In this document: one piece after another, positions 13,401 to 27,600 of the stretch
Layout of the letters: each line of letters opens with the position of its first letter
Numbering within the stretch: position 1 is the stretch's first letter
From: Octopus vulgaris
Taxonomy: Eukaryota
Length of the DNA: 64,000 nt
Reading direction: 5' to 3'
Assembly (NCBI GenBank): GCA_951406725.2
Contig: OX597825.1
Coordinates: 79,236,001-79,300,000 of the forward strand
Notes under the pieces: generated by a model
What the model was told of the DNA's origin: nothing
Seen by the model: the letters and a program-made list of their open reading frames with translations, nothing else
Database searches by the model: none
Made by a program: the position numbers and the translations under genes

Positions 13401-16400
13401 GTGTTGAGACACATTTTCAACGGTTTAATATGTCTGTCCTGCCTTTTAAGATGGTAAAGAAAGATAAGAGATTTGGCTGCTATCTCTAGTAGATCAATCA
13501 ACCAGGTAGAGGGTTATACCTGATTAGAAGTTCAATAGCAATAACCCAGTACTTAACGATCCTTTCAGGAATTTGAACAGCCTTTCTTAATGACAACTGC
13601 TTTACAACATATAAACATCCTTACATGCTCAAAAGCAGTTGATGTTAGGAAGGGCATCCAGCTATAGAAAACAGACCAAAGCAGAAACTGGAACAAGAGT
13701 CCTTGGGTCCACGAGATCCTATCAAACCATTCAACCCATGCCAGCATGAAATATGGATGTTAAATGACAGTGATCAACACCAACATTTTAACATTCACTT
13801 TACCATTCTTGCATGGGCCAGATGGAGTTTATCAAGGCATAGTTTCTAAGGCTGGATGCCCTTCCTATCACCAAACCTCATCTGTTTCCAAGCAAGAGAA
13901 TATTTCCCCCTTGACCAGACATATTGACACAGAATATTGCTTGTACGACAATAACAATCATTTACAACTATGAAGCAATGTCAAGACAAGGAGACACAAA
14001 CACTCACATTACACCCATAAGATGGGCTTCGTTCTGTTTTCTATCCACTAAATTTACTCACAAGTCTTTGATGATCTAAAACTAGATTTTATGAAATCTT
14101 TTGTCCAGTCAACAACAGTTCTGCCAATTTACTGTTTTGTCCGATTCTTTTAAAGAAAAAACATCTTCTGAGAAGTTCAGAAAAAATTTCTTAACTTTAT
14201 TAATTCAGACTTTTTAAATAAATAATGCATCCGTGCTAGTGGAGCACTAAGAGCACCATCCGAGTGTGATCGTTGCCAGAGTGGCTAACTGGCGTTCGTG
14301 CCAGTGGCATGTAAAAAGCACCATTCGAGCGTGATCATTCCCAGTGTCGCCTTACTGGCACTTGTGCCGGTGTGCAAGTGACACGTGAAAAAAAAAAAAA
14401 AAAAAAAAAAAAACAATTTTTTTTGTGGCCGTTGCCAGTACAGCCTGACTTGGCCTTCGTGCCGGTGGCATGTAAAAGCACCCACTACACTCAGAGTGGT
14501 TGGCGTTAGGAAGGGCATCCAGCTGTAGAAACTGCCAGATCAAAATTGGAGCCTGGTGCAGCCCTCTGGTTCGCCAGTCCTCAGTCAAATCGTTCAACCA
14601 ATGCTAGCATAGAAAGCGGACGTTAAATGATGATGATGATGATGATGAATGCAATCAGACCAAAATGATGTACTTACCCAGTATTGCTGGCATTGCAGTG
14701 AACAAGTCCAGCAGTCCTGGAGTCATAACTGGTGAATTATGTAAAGTTTCTAGCCAAAGATCAAGTCCATCTTCCTTCAAGTAGACATGGAACTGTTGGG
14801 TGACATCGGTACTAAGGCGAATCACAGGAATCAGGAAATCATACAGCGTGTTGCAGCTGGTGCCGAGACCCTGAAAGGAAAGACAAAACACAGAGACTTC
14901 TCTTCAATAACTGTTTCAAAATTTTCTACAAGGCCAAGCAATTTCTTGACTGGTACTCAGTTTTTTTTGGGGTTTTTTTTGTACTCTGAAAGGACTTAAG
15001 GCAAAGTTGATGTTGGCAGTATTTGAACTCAGAATGTAAAGAGCTGGCAGAAATGTAACTAAACATTTCGACTGAACTGGTAACAATTCTGCCAGCTCAT
15101 TGTCTTTGCTTTCAAATTTTGGCACAAGGCCAGCAATTTCACGGAAGATGGGTATCTTGATTACATTGACCCAGTTCTTGAAGGGTACTTTATTTAATCA
15201 ACCCTGAAAGAACGAAAGTCAATGCTGAACTGAGTAAAATTTGAACTCAGAATGTAAAGTGCCATAAAAAATTCTGCTAAACCTTTTGCCAGACGTGCAA
15301 ACGGTTCTGCCAACTTGCTGCTGCCTGGGAGCTAGCAGAATTGCTATGTAGCACATACAAACACACAACTTTTGTATGGATTTGGCCAGTCTCTCTTTCT
15401 CACTTACACACACACACAAGCTAATATCCATTTCAATTAAAAAGGTGGTAATTACCTTAACTAAGCGGATTAGAGTTGTAAGGATTGCACATCGTAACAT
15501 ATTATGATCGGAATCCCAGAGAAGTGGTAAATAAAGTATAAGCTGGTCAGCATATGGACGGATCTGGGCGCCAACACGCTCAATAACAAACGATATCACA
15601 TAAAGAACATGCATCTGGAAAATAAAATTTCAAATTAACAATATTAGCAATAAACAAGAAATCAATCACAAAGTTATTTTAAAGAATTTCAAAGTGGTAA
15701 GGGTTTGTCAAATGTTTTGAGTCTAAGACCTTTGGCTGAAAGACAATTAGCTCATGTTAGAGTCATGATAGTCATTTAAAATAATGCCGCCTTTCATTTT
15801 CATATTTATTCATCCTGTGTTTGTCCCCTCCTAACATCGCTTGACGACCGATGCTGGTGTGTTTATGTCCCCGTTACTTAGCGGTTCGGCAAAGAGACCT
15901 ATAGAATAAGTACTGGGCTTACGAAAGAATAAGACCTGGGGTCGAGTTGCTCGATTAAAAGCGGTGCTCCAGCATGGCTGCAGTCAAATGACTGAAACAA
16001 GTAAAAGAGTAATGTTAGCAAAGGTCAGGTGAGTATATTACTGATGACTAGCACTACACCTACTGTTGCTAAATCTTTTCAACTAAGAGATATCTTGTTT
16101 CATAGATCTTCAAAGGCACAAAAGCCAGTGAATAATTTGTTAACATATAACTGAGTACTCATCACTGAATCTGATGGAGATCTATTTAGTTTTTACATTG
16201 TTATCTCTTTCCAGCTCCACCTGACCATGTTCACTCCTTTCTTTGAAACGCGAATAGCCATGTGGCTCCTCCACTGGCACTGCTCACTTCTCTCATGCTT
16301 TAAGCTCCCCCCCACCTCATGGGGTTTGTAGTCTAGCAAGATGCAGGGACCATTTTTCATAACTTAGCCCCTTATCTCCTAGCACAGAGATGCCTCTCTC

Positions 16401-19400
16401 TCTACTGTAGCTCCACTTAGTTAAGAAAATGGAATTTTAAGCCTTGTAGGCTGCATGGCTACCTTACTAATGCTAATGGGACAAAAAAAAAAAAAGACAA
16501 AAATGCCCTGTACAATCTGTGGTCAAGAAAGGGTCTCCTGCTGTAGAAACTATACCAAAGCAGACACTGGAGCACAATGCAGTCCTTGGATCCTGTCAAA
16601 CGCTTCCAACCTTTGGAGCAAGGATGTTAAATGATAACTAAATGGAACAACATTTGTGAAAAACTTGTTAATGGCACGAAATAACATAATATGTATAAAA
16701 TCATGTGCAGACAATTTGCTGATTGCTCAATAAGTCAACAGGCTGCGGAAGTATTGATCATGGAGTTCATCAAAACGGAATCGGGATGCAGAAGGCTTCT
16801 GTACAAAGGGTAAGCCTATATTATTAATAGAACCACAAACTGTCGAATTGGTCAACTGTTCCACCTGTAAGTTGTCTGTCAGCTAATTGTTTCTCAACGA
16901 ATTGTTCGTCTACTGTATAAATTATTCCTCGATAAGAAATACCCAAACTCACCTTAGTATCACATTCCTTTATCTCTCTCAGCAGTTGGAAGAGAAGACT
17001 GAAGGAGGGACTTAAATACTGGAAGGAGAAAGCAAACGTAGAAATAATTAGTTAATTATTGTAGTTGTGTTATAACATTCAACGTAATTCATCAGAGAAA
17101 GAATTTAATTATGATCAACAATGTTTATTAACAAAACATTTTTAATATATATGTAATGTACAATTTCTTATATGCAAACTGTGTTAGAATAAAAAAATTA
17201 TGGAATTATCAATCAGGGTTGGAATATCTCATAAATTTAGGATATACACTTATATATACTGTTGCAACAGGAATGGTCTCTTAGAGAAGAAAATTATCTT
17301 CTTAAATACGGAACACATAGCTTCCAGCCACAATAAGTAAAATCCCTTTTGCATCTGTCAGTGCTTACCAAAAACTAATGGTAAATATAACTGGCTGGAA
17401 AACATGCCAGGAAGAGATATAACAGAGTTTAGGGGAATGACTGGTTGGTTTCTCCTAATATATTATTATTTACCAGTGTTTCAAGGTAACTTTTTATTTG
17501 GGCATACTATTCAGAAAGTCCTGTGGATTGCAGTTGGCCCATGACTGCTCTACAGTCAGTCAACATGCTAGATATAGCAGCCAAACCTTTGTTTTTACTT
17601 GTGTCTTATAAATGTTTCAAATATGCTGGTTACTTATCCCTAGATACTATATGATAAAATCTCAAGTTACTAGTAAGTCCTATTTGAACCAGAAGTTCAC
17701 CAGACATTTAATACCAGATGTACAGAGAAATAAAATTTTGTCAGACAAAACCATGAGCTGCAGACATTATGGAAAGAAGACGGAGAAAGCAATATGTTAT
17801 ATTAATGACTGCCAAACATCCTCAGTTCAAAGGTTTATCATGACTTAATCACAATATAGGAAAAAAACCCAAAAAATATTGGGGAATGCCGCTTCCAAAA
17901 TCATCTCTTAGGATTTTCATTGTAGTTTAAACATAAGTCTGCTTTGATTGAGCATGTCTATGGTCAAATATGTTGAAGGCACACAGCCTTGTGGTTAGGG
18001 TGTTGCACTCACAATCACAAGATTGTGGTTTCGATTTCTAGACTGGCAGCGCATTTCATTACCTATTGTTCCAGTCTGCTCAGCTGCAAATTGGTAACCC
18101 TGCGATGAACAGCCATCTAGTTTAGGAGGAATGCTGGCTAGCATGCCTAGCCACTGGGGTGGCATTCAAAAGCGACAACAATGCAAAGAACTGCACTGTG
18201 ACCAGTGGTATATAGCAATATCTGATTGTCTGGTCAATACAATGATGATCAAATGTGTTCTAACCCTGATCATCTTATTTCATTTTTTAGGGATTTGAAG
18301 GGCTACATAATCCAATGTAGCCCTCCCAGATTTTAAAGCTAGTATGGAAGTGAGGTATGGTTTATAACACCAGAAATGAGAAAAGTGCTTGGAGTGCTGC
18401 GAAATGTGGTTCTTAAGGAGAACACTAAGGATAGCATGGACAAAGTGTCTAATGAAGAAGTGACGATTTGGGCTGAGGTAAACAGGAAACTGCTTCATAA
18501 GATAAAGACCAAACTCTTGAGATTTCTTGGTGATGTGATGAGTGAAGAAGGTCTGGAGAATTTAGTGATGAGTGGAAAGAATTAAAGGGAAAAGAAGCAG
18601 AGGAAGGAGGATGATGATGTGGACGTCAAGCTTAATGAATAGGTTGGAAGAAAGAGGCATTAAATATCAGGAAGTGGGGCTGTTACACAAAACAAAGAAC
18701 AGAGAATTGTGGCAGGACATGATTGCTGAAGACCTTCACTCTGGACACGATGCCTAAAAGGAAGAATGAAGGCGGTATGATTATAAGAGGTATTTGCCAT
18801 GTCTTGCAAAACACAACAGGGTTAATATCATAAGGAGGGACAGCAACAGAAGGGTTGGGACCTAAATGATGAATCGTCAAAATTTAATCAAAAATATACT
18901 TACTGGCAAAAACTGCTCAGTATTAAATTCAAAGTCATCTACAGGTACAGAGAGGTTAAGGAAAATAAAACTGATTTCAAATAAAACCAACAAAAACATT
19001 GAAGTGAAGAATTAAAACATTAATAAAACTTTTCACTTAATTTCAGAAGCTAATGACAAAATATTACTTACTAATTAGGATTACAATTAAATATTTAATT
19101 TCATTATCATTGCTTTTGAATATAAATTCCAGTTATATATACATATGCAAATATACATGTATACACACACACACACACATTGATACATGTACATGCATGC
19201 ACACACACAAATGCATATATATGCACATACGCACACATATAAATACATACATATGGGTGATGGATGAGGAGGTATTACTCATCACAAAGTGATGAGGTTT
19301 ACACTGATTCAAGAAAAAACAGGCACGAAAAACAACAAAAAATAATATATATATATGAACGAGATGAATTTGTTTCTCCATTTTCTTATTTGTATTATGA

Positions 19401-22400
19401 ATTTACAGTAAAAATATTTCTTTACCTTCACCCGTTTAATACAATAAATGAATAACTGCATTGCAATTAAAAACATTTATGTATTAAGAATTTCGGTACT
19501 TTACCAACAGTATATTGGATAAATGATATCCCATAGTGGGTTACACCCATAACCCCTTTGTACTATATATATATATATATATATATGGAACTGGAAACAG
19601 TTCTACTGGGTAGAACAACCAATTAGGGCCAACACCAAAGTCCAACTACTCTGACCAGTTGTGTATTTTATATCTGTCTATAAAGAAGAGAGATTTGAGC
19701 TAAGGACCAAAAAAAAAAAAAAGTCCCTAAAACTGAAATAAATGTAACAACATAGACTGTGAGTGTGACAAAAAGGATATCAGTCCTGAGTGTGTTTGCA
19801 GCTTCAAGTCGTACGACCAAATCCTCTTTCTCTTGCAATAATGGAAGTATAGTTTCATACAGGGTTGCTCTCAACGAGACCGACAACTTTACACCAACCC
19901 ACTGGCTCACCAACCATATCACACGACGACGTATAATTCGGTAACTGCAAAAGACATCGAGAAACATCCCAATCAACAGAACCAATATTAACAAAGATAT
20001 TATAAGAATAACCATCATCATTTAATGTCTGTTTAACCATGCTGGTATGGATCGGACAGTTTGACAGGAGCTGACAAGCCAGAGGGCAGCACCAGGCCCC
20101 AGTTGTCTGTTCTAGCATGGTTTCCATGGCTGGATGCCCTTTCTAATGCCAACCACTTGTACTAGGTGCTTTTTATGTGGTACTGGCACAGGGAGTCTAT
20201 ATGTAGTACCAGTACAGGTGCTTTTTATATGGCCACTAGCAGTATCGCCCGGCGTTGCTCAGGTTTGTAAGGGAAATAACTATAAAGCATTTTTAGAGAG
20301 TTATAGCCAAAAAATAGCAAAAAAATGGAAAAAAATGATGGTAAATTTTGTTTGAGAGTAAAAAAAGGTGGAGTTGCGTCCCCTAGACAGTTTGCGGTTA
20401 GTGTTTCTGATTCTCGACCCCATGTCGAATTTATCGATTTTTTCAGAACTGGGGGAACTTTTCAAAATTTTCGCTGCGTTAGTTTTGAATTATGACATTG
20501 GGCTATGTGTGTGTCAAGTTTCATGTCAGGGTGAGGGTACAAGCAAACAGACACACAGAAACACGCACAGACAAACTGCCGTTTATATAGAGAGAGATGA
20601 CAGAGAAATTTATGACTGGCTGCCCTTGGGAGCTCCTCTGTGGTGATGGTCTTGTTTTGCTCTTCATTGTGAAACAAAATTGATTTTTTTCAAATATCAG
20701 CCATTTACATAGTAAACATACCTAGTGGTTGTTTAGTTAATTTTGCCAATACAGAAGAGTATGAGAGATCAATTAAGGGATTGAATGTCATGATGCCTAT
20801 TCTTAACTGGTTTGTTCTGTAGCTCCTGTATTAAATGAGTTTGTGAAAACACTGGTCAAAATAGATCACATCACTAACTTACTTTGTATGTTTGTTCTGT
20901 AGTTCAGGTATTAAATGGCTAGTGAACCACTGGTCAAAATCTATGTCATCAAAAAGGTCAAAGGATGCCAATCCTACTGCGTTGTACACTGGAATAGAAT
21001 AGAATATAATATAATAATAATAATAATAACAAACAAAAATAAAACATTTAAAATGTTGGCTTTGCTGTTCAGTTAAGAGTTTATAGAATATCTGTTGTTT
21101 GTTGCTCTGTTCAAGCAGGCATTTTATTAACCCTTGTGAAAGCATATTTGTTAAAATATATTATTTCATTTAATTTTGAAAATACTGAAGAACTTTGTAA
21201 ATTAACTGTCATTATTAAGCTGTTTTTGGAACATAAATTAACGTGAAATTTTAATGGTAAGGCTTTCATTTTGATCCCTTTAAAACAAAGAAGTTTGCTT
21301 CACAGAACAATGAGTAGTTCCAGGGAGATTGGTATCGAAAGAGGTAACTGTTTTGTGGCAGAATTCTAAGCACACCAGTAAAAAAATGTTTAGTGGTATT
21401 TTTGCTGTCTTTATGCTCCGAGTTCAAATTCCGCCAAGGTCAACTTTGCCTTTCATCCTCTTGGGGTTGAAAAAGTATCAGTTATGCACTGGGGTTATGT
21501 AATCAACTCACCTTCTTCCCTGAACTTATTGGTTTAACCCTTTTGTTACCAACCAGGTTGAAACCGGCTCAGGCTCTGAGTACAAATGTCTTGTAGTAAA
21601 GATTGTTTGCCAACATAATATGGTAGTGCCAGTCTAGGATGAATGTTGCTGTAATTTAGCCCCAGGAGACATCGTCTCCAGCTGGGTATACGATACAATC
21701 TGTGTTCTTATATTTTTGAACAAGGGAATCTAGCACCCCCACTTTCCCTTGTTCGAAAATATAAGGACCCAGATCATGTCATATAGCCAGCTGGAGACGA
21801 TGTCTCCTGGGGCTAAATTACAGCAACATTCGTCCTAAACCAGGACTGCCATGTTATGTTGGCAAACAATCTTTACTCCAAGGTACTGTTGCTGAATATC
21901 TCACGTTGTGAGATTTAAAAATAGTAATTTTCAACAAATGTCTTGTTTTCATAAGTTTTGAATTAAAATCTTCCACCAAACCTTAGTCACAATTTATGTT
22001 TCTAACATTAGCTGAATGATAAAATTATTTTACTAAATTCTTTGTTATATTTAAAGTAATTGAAAGAAATATAAAGCATCTTAAAATAAATACAGTAACA
22101 AATGGGTTAAACATCTTAATGTTAAAGTGTTTCAATATAAGCAACTTTTTGGAGTAAGTATTTAAAAATCTCTAACTTGTTATACCAGGGTATATTATGA
22201 TGATATATAATTTGTATAATGTTGGTGTCGACCTACTGGTGTCTATATAAATCATGATCCTTGTTTTGGTGTCCACTTTTCCATGTTGGCATGGGTCACA
22301 CAGAATTCACTGGAATAGGTTTTCTACAGCCAGGTGCTCTTCCTATCACAAACCCTCACCTACTTTCAAGACCAAACAAGTTTCTACAGAAGATTTAAAT

Positions 22401-24570
22401 CGAAGATCACCACTCACATGATGGTGACACTCATTTACAACTACCATGTAACAGCAAAAAAAGGACACACAGAGGCTTCTTTCAGTTTCCGTTCCGCTCA
22501 CAAAGCTTTAGTCAGATGAGGGCTATAGTAAGACATTTGCTCAAGGAGTTGCACAGTGGGATTGAAACTAAAACCATGGGGTTGGGAAGCAAAAGTTTTA
22601 ACGGGTCTTGCACAGGCAAGGTTGTACAGTTAAGAAGTTCACCTCCCAACCATGTGCTTGGGGATAGGGGTGGAGTGGGAGTTCAGCCCCACTGCATGGC
22701 ACTCATCAGAGTAAGTGTCTATTACTGCCTGAGACAGCCTTGTGAGTGAGTTTGGTAAACAGAAACTGAAAGAAACTTGTCATCTATCTATATATCTGTA
22801 TATAAAGATATATCTTTTAAATCTGTTTATATTGTTATTATTACATATATATATATATATATATGCTTGCATGTGTATCTCCTCTTCTGGACATTGCAAG
22901 AGAGTTGTAAACCAGCATCATCATTGTAGAGGCAGTGTTGCTCATTTCCATGGAAACATGTCTGGCGATGGGGAAATATTACTTTGCTTAGAAACAAGCG
23001 AGGGTTGGCAACTGGAAGGGTACCCGACTGTAGAAAATTTGCCTCAACAAATTCAGTTGTAACTCATGCAAGCATAGAAAAGTGGACTTTAAAATAATGA
23101 TTATAAATGTGTGTGTGTGTGTGTGTGATATTGGTATTAACCACTTGGTTATGTATTATGTTGTTGATCAACTGAAATCTCATGAGATAATCAATGAAGT
23201 TTTAATTTATCTACAAACACGTTAGCATTTGTAGATCTCAATTGTTTGAGAATCTAATCACTTTAAATATCTGTCAAATAGAAATCGGTTATTACCAGCA
23301 TCCTTTCGTAAAATTGCTGCCATATCATCGACGCCACATGGGCCTTGGACATTCTGAACCATATCAAGCAGAACGGGTGCCAACGTACTGTGGAAGTTTT
23401 TGAACAGTGACAGAAACAAAACTTCCGTGCAAGGCTGGATTGAAAGAGAAAGAAAAACATTAATCAAAAAAAGAATATTGTATTTATTTGCCTGTTCTCT
23501 TTTAGATTTCATTTTAGACTCTCACTCATGTTCACCATTTCCTGTTTTCCCTTCCATCCTCGTCTCTACTGACACACTCCTTTGACACCCTCACAAATTC
23601 ACCTACTCACCCAACCAGCCAACCTCAGTTCTCTGCGTCTATTCTCACTCTATCCAGCTTCTTGTACCTATTTCTTTACTACCCACAAGGGGCTAAACAC
23701 AGAGAGGACAAACAAGGACAGACAAACGGATAAAGTCGATAATATAGACCCCAGTGCATAACTGGTACTTATTTAATCGACCCCGAAAGGATAAAAGGCA
23801 AAGTTGACCTTCGCATAATTTGAACTCAGAACGTAGCAGCAGACGAAATACTGCTAAGCATTTCGCCCAGTGTGCTAATGTTTCTGCCTGCTCGCCATCT
23901 TCTTATACCTTGATGGCATGCCTTCATATCTCGTTTCCACTGTCCTATCACTCTTTCCTGCAGCGGTAGCCATATATCTGCTCCACAGCAAGACACCTGT
24001 TCCAGTCCCTCTTTCTGACCTTAGCCTCTCTACACTCAATGCAAAGCCACATCCCTCAATATTGCACCCCTACTCTGTCTAGAGGGTTTGCTTTGTGAGT
24101 TACTTGGTGATCCCATGAGTGGTGGTGCCATGCAAAAAGCACCCAGTATACTCTGTAAAGTGGATAGTATGAGGAAGAGCACCCAGCTACAGCAACCTTG
24201 CTAAAGCAGGCCTCAAGTTTCCGTCAAACCATCCAACCTAATTGTGAAACAAAGATGATGATCACCCTCATACACAGGAGGGTAACTGTGGAAGGGTTTT
24301 ATATATAAATGTATGTAATACAAAAGGGATTGTATTTTCTTAGAGAAGAGTGTTGTAAACTTGATGCAGTGATTCAGTCATTTGTCTCTTTTACTCGTTT
24401 CAGTCATTTGACTGTGGCCATGCTGGAGCACCGCCTTTAGTCAAGCAAATTGACCCAGGACTTATTCTTTGTAAGCCTAGTACTTATTCTATCGGTCCCT
24501 TTTGCTGAACTATTAGTTACGGGTACGTAAACAAACCAGCATTGGTTATCAAGTAATGGTGGGGGGACAA

Positions 24571-24601
<31 letters not shown>

Positions 24602-27600
24602 CGACAGGCTTCTTTCAGTTTCCGTCAACCAAATCCACTCATAAGGCTTTGGTTGGTCCGAGGCTATAGTAGAAGACACTTGCCCAAGGTGCCACGCAGT
24701 GGGACTGAACCCGGAACCATGTGGTTGGTAAGCAAGCTACTTACCACACAGCCACTCCTGCACCTATGTCTGTTAATGTTTAACTTCAAGTCAGCCCTTA
24801 CAAAGCAAATTCCTGATCAAAGGAAATCTAACCATGACCACACCAACTTCTTGTGTATTCAGGACTACAAAGCCAATTTGTCCTTTTTTAAGGGAGTAGG
24901 ATATGATTTGAAAGATCTGACTGCTATACTTTTAACCCTTTGCCATTCAAACTGGCCCCATCCAGCCCATATATTCTACCTCTTGTACGTACAAACTGGC
25001 TAGATCCAGCCTCTCACAACTACCCGACAATGTCATCAAAATCTCAAAGCTACAAGATTATGCAGGATTAATTCAAAACAATGCAAATCAACAAGCATTA
25101 CATTGCATTTGTATAAATAATCCGAATGCTAATTCCTTCTATAAATTCTCTATCATTTGCACCTCTCTCATCCTGTCTTTCAATGGTTATTTCTGTCTGT
25201 CTGTCTGTCTCTCCTGTGTGTGAGTGTGGTTCTTTTACTCTATGTGTGCCATCAAACTTAATATGCATACCAACCCTGCACTCCTTACACTCACTCTGAA
25301 TATTTCTCTTTTCCTCCAACTTCCCCCCACCCCCAACCTCGCAATATGATGTAACGCATGACCGGAGAAATCACCCAACCAATCAATCAACTAATCAACA
25401 TTTGTATTAGTTACTGTTAATTAGCAACACTTTATTCTGTTTCACTAGATCCAGTGAACAACTGATTAATTAAAACCTCCCTGTTCACCTTTTATACACC
25501 TGTAGTTAAATTGGCACTTACCTTTAGTGAGAACTTGTATGAATCTCCACCTTCATCCTGACCTAAAAAACAACAAAGAACAAGAAACACACCTATATTG
25601 TTCAGCTGCGAAAGATCAAAAGGAAAAATTCTATTAAAAGACATAAAGGGTTATTTTTTATTTTCGGTTTGTTTCAGTCATTGGACAGCAGCCATACTGG
25701 GACACTGCCTTAAAGGGTTTTAGACAAACAAATTGGACATTGAACTTATTTTTAAAAATCTCCTACTTATTCTATTGGTCTCTTATACCAGACTGCTAAG
25801 TCATGGGGGACATAAACCAACACCAGTTAAGTGGTAATTGAGGGGGGAACAAACACAAGGACACACAAATATATGATGGGCTTCTTTCAGTTTCCATCAG
25901 CCAAATCCACTCACAGAGCTTTGGTCGGGCTGGGGCCAATAATGGAAGACACTTGCCCCAAGAGTCACATAGTGTGACTGAGCGCAGAACCATGTGGCAA
26001 GAAGCAAATATATTTAACTTTCAATACATGGAATAAACCAGGATTCATGTGCTGCACTATTAAATATGTATCCATGAGTTCAAATCTTGTAACAGCCAAC
26101 ATGCTCTCCGTCTGGGTCTCTCATTATTATCGTTTAACATTTGCCTTCCATGCTGGCATGGGCTGGACGGTTTGACAGGAGCTGGCCAGACAGAAGACTG
26201 TACCAGACTTCTGGCTGTTTTGGCATGGTTTTTACGGCTGGATGCCCTTCCTAACACCAACTGTCCAGCAGAGTGGACTGAGTGCTTGTTATGTGGCACA
26301 AGCACAGGCAAGGTCAGTTTTGGTATAGTTTTTACAGCTTGATGCCCTTCCAAAACGCCAACCACTTTACAAGAATTGATAATACTGACTCAAGTTTATT
26401 TAAATTCAATCAGTCAACTGTCTAAGAGACAGTAGGCTGGGAGGGAGGGAGAAGCAGTTGTTTCACAAACATGCAAATTTTCAAATTTGTAGGTTTATTG
26501 CAGTCATGAGTAAACTATAACTCATGGGGCTTTCAGAATAGCATGCCTAGTGCAAAAATTATTTTGAATATTATTAGTGGTGCAGCCTGCCTGATGATAA
26601 GCCATGACTTGTGTGGCCTGCTTCTTAGAAAATGTTGTCCATTCCTGGGTTATAGCATGCAAAACCACCACATACTCACAACTGCTACTAATACTACTTA
26701 TGATAAAGCCAAGAAGAATATTACTTGGGAAAGAAACTGGTTTTGTTAATCAGAAATACATGCTGTTTAGCCCTAGGTCAGACATTACTGAGCAGACTCG
26801 CCATCAAAGGAGTTACAGCTGTGAGCACCCTGTCTGCTTGCATATCTGGGACTACACTATTCAAAATGTCCTTCTTTTGTTAAAGATCACAAGGTGTAAT
26901 TAGAGGAAACTTGGTTGCTATTTCTAGTAGGTTGAGCAACTATGTACAAGTTCCTTGTTGGCTTGATGATGATAACAATGATGATAGTAATGATGATGAT
27001 GATGATGACAATGATGATGATGATGATGATGATGACAATGATGATAGTAATGATGATGATGATAATGAAGAAATAGTTTGACTTCAAGATTGATACTTAC
27101 AAAATGACTCTGGATCAGACTCCCATGTTTGAAGATCTTCTGGAGACAGCAGAAAATAACGGTTTATAAGATAGCAACAAACCTCGGTGAGGGTACTTGG
27201 AGTGAGAGTTTCCATCTTTAGTTTGTGAGCTTCCACCGAAGCTGGATTTATCTTTTCTGCAAATACAGGAAGAGAAATCGTTTGAGACCAACCCACCTGA
27301 GATTGCCCTTCATTCTAAATTACAAACTTCTTGTTTTAAAGTGAATGCTTCGACAGGGTCCAACAAGCCAAAAAGGACTGCATTGTACTCGTGTCTGCTT
27401 TGATGAGCTTTATATATTGCTTGAGGACCCTTCCTGTGTCAACCACTTTAAAGTGTAGTGGGGGAATTTTTTGTGACACTGTAAAGTACTGGAGTTGCCA
27501 AGTAACATGCAAAACAAAAAAAAAAGACCACTCTGTCTGTCTCTCATATATATATGTATGGAATAATTACTATGAAGCATTGTGTAGAATATATTGTATA

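Noticed and set aside
26887-27087. Poly-Ile, poly-Asn and poly-Tyr ORFs (also 59704-60021)
   Set aside because: Trinucleotide microsatellite translations.
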